Shown here: positions 35,409 through 46,200 of the stretch, in pieces
Numbering within the stretch: the stretch's first letter is position 1
Layout of the letters: every line of letters begins with the position of its first letter
Assembly (NCBI GenBank): GCA_000708835.1
Contig: DF237113.1
Span: 1-64,000, forward strand
DNA from: Klebsormidium nitens
Lineage: Eukaryota > Plantae > Klebsormidiophyceae
Length of the DNA stretch: 64,000 nucleotides
Reading direction: 5' to 3'
Translations under genes and position numbers: made by a program
The notes under the pieces: generated by a model
Seen by the model: only the letters and a program-made list of their open reading frames with translations
What the model was told of the DNA's origin: nothing
The model's database searches: none

Positions 35409-38400
35409 ATGTACTTGCTTGTCCTGTTCAGAGCTCTATGGCTGCTCTCAGTCTGGCTCGTCTACGCCGTGGCTCCAGACTTTCTTCTCCTATTCTTCAG
35501 TCTCGCGTTGCTTCCATTCCAGCCCAAGGCCCAGCCTTCAGTCAGCTCATGGCTTTTCTTGGACGATTCCAACATCATCCAGCTCAGCATCATCCACCTC
35601 CTTGTCCTGGGTAAGCTCGTCATTTACATTGCTTAGCTCTGCCAAACGATTCGCCATCTTCACAGAGTGCTGCTCTTGCAGTCTGCCTGAGCATAAGGAG
35701 TGTTTGAGAATAGTCTGGGAAGCGGGCTGCATGTAGATAAAGGAAGCTTCGTTTCCGACAGTCAGTGGTCAGCTTTCGAACGGGGCAGCAGCTAATGACT
35801 TCTGTAGAAAGCCCCTGGCATCTGGATGAAAGAAGACAATCTATGCACCGTGTGGCTAAGTAGATACTGATGTCAGAAATCCAGCAAGTTCACACTCATC
35901 TCAGTGTACAATCAGGTGCGCAGACACAGCCTCTTAAACGCATTTTGTTACAGACTCCTGGCTGGTAGACGAGCAAGCCTACCAGCCAAGCGAGGCCGTC
36001 TTTCTGGTGAAATCCTCTAGGTCTCCTACAAACCCAAAGGAAATGACGCTTTCAACCCTGTAGACTTGAAATTTCAACATCCTGTCCTGCAGAAACATGC
36101 AAGCGGCAGGTCCAGAAGCGCGGCCGTGCCTTGCAGCGCCCCAAGACCGCCCGCGCCACCAGCAGCCTCCTCCGAGCGATCCTCAACGTCGCACTCCTCC
36201 TCTCCCTTGCGCCCCCACTCTTCTCCAACATTCTTCCAAGCTTCCTCACGTCACAGCCAGGGTCGTCTGAAGGGAGGCAGGAGGCAGCAGCATTGAGTAG
36301 GGGAAGGAATCCGGGAGGGTACTGTTGGGGAGCAGATGGAGGAGCCTGTGTGCTCTGGGTGTTCTTTGTGGCGAAACTGGTCCAGGAAGTTGCAACTGGG
36401 GTACGTGTTGTGCTGGAGAGTCACCCCCACATCACAACATTGGACGTGTTTGCGGTGCTTAGGAACAACCCGCCCACGTATTGGGGTGAGTGACCAGTCC
36501 CCGCACCTTGAAAAGAACCTCTTTTGCAAGGGCAGTGTGCTGTGGATGTTGTTGTCATGACAGACTCCGTTAATGCGGTTTCACATGGCCAATTGTTGCT
36601 ACGGTCCAAAGATAGGCTCTCGAGAGTAAACATCGTGGAATCTTTCGTTTATTATCAAGTTGGGGTCGACCCGAGGGGGCTGCTACAATCGAGCACCATA
36701 AAATGTTTCTTTTTTGAAAAGCCTCGCATCTAGTTAAACAATCAATGGGGGGGCAATCTAACATTTCCGGGGTCTGAATTGTTTGGCAACCAAAGAGCCA
36801 GGGTTGTCAAAAGAAACTGCACTCCTGATGGCGAAGCCACGACCGCTGCAAGCTAGTCAACCCTCAAGCTTCACACTTCGGATGATGTACGCCCTGAGAA
36901 AGTTGTCTTTTGGCAACTCGCCAACCGCTCGTCTCCCTTGCCCTAGATTAACTTGCAGTATGCATATACTCTCAAAATTCGTCTCTTCCTCTCGAAAGAA
37001 CAAGAAGAACCGTTTCGAAAAATGGGAAGCGGGCATGTGTGCCTTTCGTTATTGCAGGAAAGAGGAGAATTCGTAGTATTCAAAAAGGGACGTAAAGCAA
37101 AACGGTATCACCTCCTATGATTGCGTCAGTAAACATTCCGTCAAAACACAATCTGGGCTTATTCTTATTGCAGTCTGGTGGCTCCTGGTTCGTCACAGTT
37201 CCGGCCCAGCCGCCTGTTTTGCGGCCGCCCTTGACTGCGCCTGCCAGGTCCTCATTCACACCGGCAAGGTCGTCGGTGTGAATAGCCACTTCCTGGCCAG
37301 CTGCCTGGTCTTTCCCCAGCTAGCCCAAGTGCTGTACCTGCTTATTCACACCGCCTGCCCGCTCCCACTCCTGGTCAGCCTGCCAGGGGTGGTGGTGGGA
37401 ACGGGCGCGTTTGTCTGGACGATGGCAGGGCGCTCGAGTGAGAGCACTCCCGCAGCTTTCTCGCTACATCTGTCAATGCCAAAAAGAAGCATAAAGCTGC
37501 TCTGATCCGTTATTTGTGGACCCTGCGAGGGACCACCTTCACCGTCCTCGTTGTTGAGACGTTACGTCTTTTATCGACATGCCGGAGAAGGTAGTATTGA
37601 AATCTATGGAGTCGAGGCCATCTCTTTGTGGATTACTCCAATACGGATGTACGAGGGGAACGAAGCCCATATCAAACTTTCTCAATTGATTATGAAGGGC
37701 AAGGGATCTCCGAGATTTTGGGATTTGAAGCTCGTTCACCTATCGGTGTTGCGGACAGATGTTTCAGGAAAGACGGCGTTATCGACGGTCTCACACGCTC
37801 CTTCCGTTCTTTTGCAGCTGAAGGCAGCACGGCTGCATCCGACCGCGTCTTCGACGCCGCTTATGGCTGGTCGCTTATCATAGGCACCTGCCAGCGCATC
37901 GCGTATGGCGTCCTCCTCCGAGACAAGAGCGAGACCTGGAGCTTCAGCCGCAGAGTCCTCTACCTGATCCTGCGCGAGAAAAGCGCGGTCTGGGAGATCC
38001 CGCGCAAAAGCCTAGAACTAGGGGCGCGGCTCGGGGGCGGGGCATACGGGGAGGTGTATCTCGGCAAGTGGCGCGGATCCACGGTCGCGGTGAAGCGGTT
38101 CAAGCGGCAGAGCAAGTCGGAGTGTGAATACGAGCGGTGAGGCTGACGCAAGAGGGTTCGGCTCTTGAGCACTTAGGCTGCTGGAAACTTGCAGGGCTAT
38201 GCTTTCCCTGTTTACCTCGGAGATTTGAAGCGTCATGCTTCTCCAGAACTGAAGGTCGACCATGCTTCAATCAAGGCAAAGCTTTTGGTGCGCACATCCA
38301 TTTTTAGAGACGAGGAAAGAAAACGGAGTCCATAAGCTGGAACAAGGCGCAATGACTTCTAGCCGTATCACCAAGAGTGGATGCATCTTCCATCCAGCTG

Positions 38401-41400
38401 TCGAGACCTCGAAGCGTACGACGTCAGCATACACAACTCGCACTTCAGAGAATGTATTCGCAAGAGAAGGGCTTTACCAGAAGAGGCGCCGTGCAAGCAG
38501 GCTTTACAGGGAAAAAAGGTATCGTCCTCAATCGGACCCGCTCCGAGTGTGCTGCAAGGAAAGCCGAGGAAAATGAAAGGCCCGGTTGATCACCCGTCAA
38601 GTTTCGCAAAGTACACCATTCTCTCTGACGACGTACCGAGCGTTTCATCACCTTGGTGACCTACGAGAGCTCACTTTTATTCTAATTGATTATCGAATAT
38701 TTTTTCTAGGTATCTGACTTTCAAGGAGGAGGTCAACGTGTTGAGCCGCCTTCGGCACCCCCGGATCGTCGAGTTCATGGGCGCCACTAGCCGCGGGGGG
38801 GAGCTCCAGATCGTGACGGAGTTGTTGCAGGTAAAGACAGCATCCTCCTAGGACAGAATCAGCGCCTGTTTACTCATCGACGAAGGGAACTCAAAATTGT
38901 GAGAAAAGGTTCTGCAAGCAACTAGCGGAAGGGAAGTTTTGGCTTTCACCATCAAAGTAGATCCGATGTTTAGAGTTAAGCTGGGCTCATCAATCTGCAA
39001 CGAAAGCTACCAATGTTGGACACTGGCAGGGCCCAACTATGTGATTATGAGCAAAGGCTGCAAATCTATGTCAGCTCAGAACTTTCGCACAAAACCACGG
39101 CTGTGATGCCGATTGAGGCTTCACACTCACTACCTTCTCGACTGCATTGGGAAGCTTATGCGACTTCCTGCACGCATTTTACAAGAAGGCACGAAAGGAA
39201 CTTCTGTTCATAAAGACATCACACTCAGCATATCCCTTTCTTAAGATCGACTTTCTGCACGGCCCCAAGGGCACGCCTTACTTAGAATGAAGCTTCTGAA
39301 CCTTGACATTTTGCGCAGATTGTTCCTTGAAGCAGTTTGGTAGCTCATACGTCTTTCTGCACGGCCCCACAGGCACGCCTTCCATAGAAAGCCAATAATA
39401 AAAGCTTCTGAACACGACTCTCTTTCTCTGACTGCAGTTCGGCAGCTTGTACGACTTTTTGCACGGGCCCAAGGGCATGATCCCACGCAAAAAGGCCCAA
39501 ACGAAACCTCTAGATTCCGGCAGTTCGCGCTTAGCTCTTCCTCTGATTGCAGTTCGGCCCAAGGCCTAACTCCGCAAGACGACACGAAGGGAATGTACTC
39601 AATGTTTGCACTAAAATCTTCCTCTAATGACTAGCACTTTTTACTCAGCCCATCGTCTGAGAACTCAGCGCTTGTTATTCAATCTTCTCTGACTGCAGTT
39701 CGGCATCTTGTACGCCTTCTGCACGGCCCCAAGGCCATGCTCTTACACAGAACGACGGGAAAAAGCCTCCGAATCCTGAAAGTTCGCTTCTTCGGCTGCA
39801 GTCTGGCAGCTTCTGCGAAATCTGCATGCCCTCAACAAAAACAACCGAAGGAGCTCATTAAAAAGAAATAGTTCGCTCTAAGCTTTGTCTCTGACTGCAG
39901 TTCGGCAGCTTGTACGACTTCTTGCACGGCCCCAAGGGCATGATCCAGCGCAAGAAGGTCGCGATGGACGAGCGGCGCGCGGCCAAGATCGCGGAGTCGA
40001 TCGCGATGGGCATGCAGTTCCTGCACACCAACGAGCCGCCTATCCTGCACATGGACCTCCAGGTGAGACCCTCTTGAGTCGTCGCGCTTTTCTTCATCAT
40101 TCCTGTCAAAACTCAGTTGTGTTCTCACTCCTCTTTCCAAACGTTTCTAAAGATTCCGGTTGAATATTCATTGCTTCGTCACGCGTCGTTCCTTCAGATG
40201 ACGATCAGTTTTCTTTGCGCTCCTCTTCTTGTTGTTCCTAATTTCATTTGAGGACGCCTCTTAGGGTCAGCCCCGAGCACATTTCGCTTGTGAAGTAAAA
40301 GCTAGATCCCGCGCGATTAGCGCCGAGCCTTTCGAACGTGTCTGCGCGTGATGACTGAAACAAACCTGCTTCAAGAAATTTTCTAACCGTACAAGCCGTG
40401 CTCGCATCTTTTTACGGGAGTTGGAACATATTGAATGGGTCACTGAGGGGGTGCTTCGGTTTACAATTGGTGACTTTACTTCTTACCAGAGAAGTCCTTA
40501 TCAGAAAAGTATGTTAGAAGAATCAAGCCTGCCAGTGCAGGATTGCAACGGAGTGAGAAAACCCGCGGCTGACATTCATCTTCCCTCACAGCCCGGCAAC
40601 CTGCTGATGGTAGACGTCTGGTCCTGTAAGCTATGCGACTTTGGGCTGTCGAAGTTCAAGTTTAAGAGCAAGGGCGACCACAGGGAGGCGCCACGTGGCG
40701 CGCCGCAGTACCGCGCCCCCGAGTTGATCGAAGGCCACTGGGACCTGCTGTCCGAGAAAGCGGACGTGTACAGGTACGTGAAAGCGGATTATTCGAGAAC
40801 TTGGTTTTGCCTGCTTCCGTTAAGCACCTGTCAAGGTCAGGAACTTCACATGGATTCTTGTCTTCGGTTATTCGTCATTTCTGTGAGGAGACAACGATCC
40901 TTGAGGGGGAAGGTATGCGCTGCGAAAAGGTAGGCGGCTTTGTGACAAAAGCTGACGTGCGAAAGTAAACCCAGTTTTTAAGATTTGCGACTTGACGTTG
41001 CTTGCTATTTGAGAGAATGGAGTCCTGATGTCTGTGCGCCCTTACGTTGTGGTTTTTGACCGCGCAGGGATCTCAGAAACCACGTAGACAAGTTTCATTA
41101 CTTTGAACCAAGCTACACCCACATCACGGGATCGGAAGCCCGCGAGCGCCGCAGACTTGGCTTTTTTGACGAACTGAACGGCCTCTTAGATTCCTGAGGA
41201 GGAACATCAAGTCCCACGTAGTCGGCACCGTTCCATATGACGCCAGCACCTTGCCTGTACTCCTTGCGGACAAGCTGACAGTACATTCTCTAACTTAGAT
41301 CCTGATGCCTTGGCCGTTCCGTTTTTGGTTGCAGCTTTGGCATCCTCCTGTGGGAGATCTTCACGTGCCAGATCCCCTGGGACGGCCAGATCATCGAGCA

Positions 41401-42022
41401 AGTCTTCTATAGCGTATCCGACAATCAGGAGCGGCCCCCACTCCCGGAGAACGCCAGCCCCGCTTATCAGAAGCTCATCCAAGACTGCTGGGCCCCGAAC
41501 CCCGAAACCCGCCCGACGTTCACCGAGATCTGCGCGCGCCTGCGCGAGCTCGTCGGCAGCGCGGCCGCGCCCGGCTCGCGCGCGGGGTCCTTCACCGAGG
41601 CGATGTGCGCGCAGAACGGAGTTCCGCCCGCGCAGAACGGAGCGTCCGCCGCCCACTTTGCCGCGGTCGGGTTGAGCCCCCCGACCTCCCCGGTGCACCG
41701 AAGCGGGGGGTCTTTTAGCATGGGGAACGGTTCCCCGCAACTATCCCCGGTCGGGGGAGACTCGGACTCTCCCCGCCGGCGCACGTCGTTCACCGTTCCA
41801 CGCGAAGACGTGGCCGGAGAACCGTCCACCGAGGAGAAAGCCGGGAAAACGCGAGAGGAAGAAGGCGTTGCCTCGACCGGTGCAGGATCTTCCGGGCACA
41901 AGGCCGCGGCGCCGTGGGGCGTCGTCGGCGGGTTGCACCACCATGCGCGCGCGCACAAGAGCCGCTTCTCGTATGCGGGACCTAGGATAGTGACCCCTGA
42001 TGCCGCACCGGAAGCGTCTTGA
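35409..42022 (+). CDS. Multi-pass membrane ELO/GNS1-SUR4-like domain fused to a Raf-like (TKL) protein kinase, 8 exons, ~776 aa
   Basis: Exons: 35409-35610, 36093-36485, 37174-37437, 37818-38136, 38710-38830, 39901-40062, 40592-40773, 41335-42022. The total of 2331 nt is phase-consistent. Kinase motifs: [72 protein letters not shown]-like motifs: [42 protein letters not shown]. The start codon and the fusion splice are inferred. Confidence 0.75.
39240..39830 (+). repeat. About six decayed copies of the kinase exon-6 acceptor and exon start, in intron 5
   Basis: Real: ctctgactgcag|ttcggcagcttgtacgacttcttgcacggccccaagggcatg (39901). Copies have AG at 39334, 39436, 39551, 39697 and 39800; an acceptor-less copy lies at ~39248. 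The 39436 copy reads [19 protein letters not shown]. Confidence 0.93.
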
Positions 42023-43202
42023 GTAGGTGAAGAAGTAGAATATTCCTTTGAGTTGCAGGTAAACTCAGGTAGCCAATCAGGTATGCTGCTGCATAGGCTT
42101 TTAAAATTTACGAGCGTGCCCGATCCCAGGAGGTTTATTCAAGATCGCTTACACGTGTCCGGCACTGATTGGCAGACTTATTTGTGAGCGGTTTGTGTAT
42201 CTAAACGTGTTGTTCAGCGCACTAACCAGATGGACCTAGACGAAGGATTTTGAATAGTTGATACGACGTCAATTGAAGGTCTCTAAAGTGACGCAATTTG
42301 TACCAAGGCATTTGGAGCCGACTAAAGCGAAGGGGCCACATCACCGTCTTCCAATATCAAATGCGTTTCTGCATGATGCTAAAAAACTCGCAAGATATCA
42401 CTGTGCATTCATAAATAAGAAAGGCATGTCTAGAAAACGATGGGGAAAGCTATAGCGTTTGTAGCAGGACAGTACTCATTGTTTCTGGTGGTCTCGGCGG
42501 CCGGGCTTGCCGGTGCGCACAAAACGTACCTCATTTCATCTTTGAAGGCAACGTGTCGAACATAAGCGTAGCGGTGCACTGACCCTCTATTCAGAACCGG
42601 CTACTTGTTGGGCCCGGGTGCCTGAGTCCTATGATTGGACACTTGGAACCGGTCTCGAAGGGGCGGCCGTCCAATCTTCCGCCCGAGAATGAGGATCGAA
42701 TCCAATTTTATACTAGGAGAAACTTAGCAGCGCCATTCCGGGCCACCACTTCTATTCCCCACCTTGGGAAGCGCGCGAAAGCCATGCAGTTCATATTCCG
42801 ATCGAAACTTCGGAAGTAAACACGAAACCCGGCATGCCAGGCGACCGTCCGTTCTCACTTCATAGACCACATGAACGTGCATGCATATAAAGCTCCATCA
42901 TAAGTTAATTAGCGAGCGCCATGCACTCAAAAAGCCTAGCTCAAAGATGCCGGCACGTCGCTAGGTGCCTGACGTACGTTCGAGTTAAGAGTCCAGACAT
43001 ATAATTGTCATGGGCCATACGTTTGAGCCGTCAATAGACGAATGAATGATCGAACACGGCGCGGCCACATGCAGTCAACGAGTAAGGCCTCGCTTTCATT
43101 ACGACTTGAGATGGTAATTGGATTTCATTGCATCAATTCCGTTCGAACTCGGATCATACAGCTTCCCAGTTCCTGCAACAATTTCGGGCCGGTGCCTAAT
43201 TT

Positions 43203-46200
43203 TTATAAATGGTAACCCTTTAAAAATGACTGTACAGCGATCATTGCCTCCGTCCACAGTCTTCGTGCCTTTTGATACTCTCTTAGCCGCTGCAAGTACT
43301 GCTTTTTCCCCGTTCCAAATCGAGCGGCCTCAATGCAACCAGAGCAGGACCCATTTTTACCCTCTGCTTGTAGATCTGCTGCCGCTTGCCCGTCAGATCC
43401 ATTAGAAGAAAGCGAGGAATCAGCTTTCTGTAAGGTCTCCTTCTCCAGCAGATGGGCGCTTAACCTCCTATCCGCACATTTCTCGCTCTTCCCAAGCGCC
43501 TGGGCTCGAACTCGTCCCCAAATGTACTCAAACTCTGACTCAACCGCTGCTTCCGTCAAAATGAAGTCACCCAGTGCAGTAGAAGCGGAGGTAGCTTTTG
43601 TTTCAACCCCGATCTGGGAGACCGCCGTATCTAATGCGCTTTCAAATACCGAAATATGCTCAATGTTGGACTTGCCAAGAGGTCTGCTCGCTAGGCTTTT
43701 CTCCGGGTCTTCATTCCATTTGACATTGCTTGCGCCGAACCCATCCGAATGGGAGGGCTCCGAGACTTTCGCCACTCTCAAAGCGCTCCGATGAGCGACT
43801 TCCGCAGGCATCCGGTTCCGTTCCGGTTCATTACTTATAGACGAAGCGAGGCTCCCGCTGCCCTGAACCGCGCCAAGTAGGCAGGCCTTGCGGAGCTCCG
43901 GAATCGAGTCGGCCACAACGTGGACGGCTGCGAATAAGGCCACGTGGCTCAATCAGCGTTAGTTGAGAACGGCAGGAAATTCTGAATCTAATGATACTGT
44001 CCACATCTGTTCCTACCCGTGATCGTAGCAGCGAGCATTTCAAAACCTGACGGGTGAGAACCAAATGGTCGCCAAATCATTTAAAAGGAACATCACGAAA
44101 TAGTAGAACTTTGGTTAAGCAAGGAGATTGATAGAGACAATCCCATTACGGTTCAAATGCGGGTCACGCCTGACGTGGACCGCGGGTACAGAGCCCAATG
44201 GTACGATGAAGCAAGATTCTTTTCAAAAATGTCGTCCACGACAATTGCTGGGAGGGATGCGCCTGCCTGAAGTTCCAGAGCAAAGATTCGTACAGATGCC
44301 ACAGCAGATGGAGACACAGGTCAAACCTTCAATAACGCGTATTCCAACTCATTCGAAGTGAAATTTGGAAAGATGTTTGGCAAAAGAGCTTCATTCGACG
44401 ACGGGAGGAAATCATGATGACGGACCCCCAAGTTGATCAGAAAGAAGCCGTGCAGAACGTAGGAACGTACAATTTGGTGTTTGGGGGCAGAGAAACCATC
44501 TGCCGCGTGTATTTCAGTGGCCAGGGCAGATTCTGACGATTGCGAGGGCGACACCAGAACCGGACACTGGATTTTAGCGTCCTTCACAAGGGGGTTCAAC
44601 TCGTTCTAGTAGTTGAAACCTTCTCTGGCAAAGCTGAATAATTCCATCTCCAAATCTGGGCGACTCTCAACCTGGAATATCTTGAAGACACCAAATAGTA
44701 TCCACGGTTCTCACAGCCAGTAGTCCAAAAAGCCCAGCGGCTGGCTTACCTTCATAGCATCGACAGCAGGGCCGCGGATCCCCCGACTTCGCAACGCTTC
44801 CGCTGGACACCCTGCTTTTCTCGGAATGCCCTCCGCCGGAAGGCGAACTGACCGGGTCGCGCATTGAGAGAGGACATTTCGGCGGTACTTCGACCGACTG
44901 TTCGGATGGAAAACCGGAAAGGTCGACAGGAAGAGTGGCGGCCTGGACAGCAGCATTGAGGAAGCCTTCCCAGCTGCGAAGTGCGACAGGAACACTTGTC
45001 AGGAACCCTTCGCGGTAAGTGAGAGGATTGATAATTTTAGGTGGGCTTGCTAGCTCGCGCACGTATCTGGCCCCGGTGGCCTGACTTCGAACCCCGGAAA
45101 ATTGACAGCACTCTTTTAAGCTGTTCTCATACTCTCGGGCTCTTTGCACGGAAGCCTGCCCGTACGTAGACAGTTGATTCGGTTTCCGAGATTTTCAGAT
45201 GGCATGACTTCGTAACCCGCACAACCTGACATCACAATCTTTTGTTGCTCTGACAATATCGCGCTCTCTGCAAGGAAGTCTGTCCGTACGTAGACACTTG
45301 ATTCGATATTTTTAAGCTGTTGTCATACTCCTGCGCTCTTTGCACGGGAATCCGTCCGGACGTAGACACTGAGCATTTTATTGGATGTTGCCCCCATGCT
45401 TCAGAAAGATTGATAGCGAGACCCTGAGGAACGATAACGGTGATACCCCTGAGTGGCAAACTTCTAGTCTCGTGACGCTCGAGACTCTCCTCGAAGCTTC
45501 TAGCGAGCAAGAAGTCTTATAGAGTTATTGACTTTTTGTAATCAATTGGCTGCCTCGAAATCTGGGGAATACTCCGGCGACGCGTCAAATCAGGTCGGTT
45601 TCAAATGTTGCCTTTTTCAGGCGACAAGTGGTTGCTTTCGAAACGAAACATGTGGCCGGCCCACCTGAAGGGCTCCTCGACTTCGACTCCGAACGTCACG
45701 TGCAGCGACTCCACGTCCAACGCCGTCGCGACGTGTGTCCATCCCCTCGGAATATACAACACGTCTCCTTTCCGCATCTTAAACTCGCTACAAATACTCC
45801 CGGCGAGTTCCGGTTCCAATCTGGGAGCATACAAACGCGGCATCTGCTCGCTCTCGAGCGGCTCGTAAAGCCGCCAGAGCTTGGACCCCGCCAGCTGGCA
45901 GACAAACACGCAGTGGTCGTCGTAGTGGGCCGCTAACCCCTGGGAGTTAGCGGGGGTTAGATAGGCGTTAACCCCGACCCCCGCTTGGCCTAAAGCGAGT
46001 GCCATGTTATTGGCTAACTGCGCAATCTCCGAGATCCGGCACTGGAGGCCCCGTACGGCAACGCTAAACCCGTTTTTGAAGGCTTCCCGGCAGTCACCAG
46101 CGCTCACGAACCGTGGGTTAGCCAAGTTGGTTTCGGTGACTGGAAGGGATCCCCCTGGGCCATCGACATCAGTCCGAGCCGATTCTGCCGAGCCCACTTT

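Noticed and set aside
37759-37883. Alternative acceptor at 37757-58 for the first kinase exon
   Set aside because: With the phase-1 upstream donor it enters a frame that stops at 37881-83. The acceptor at 37816-17 has a better pyrimidine tract and keeps the kinase frame.
39240-39900. Echo arrays as Dscam-like mutually exclusive exon clusters
   Set aside because: The copies are 5'-partial, lack matching in-phase GT donors, and mostly carry stops or indels.
44321-44599. 92-aa ORF as an extra JmjC exon
   Set aside because: Exons 4 and 5 already join in phase and give a sensible protein. There is no supporting motif, although a cassette exon cannot be fully excluded.
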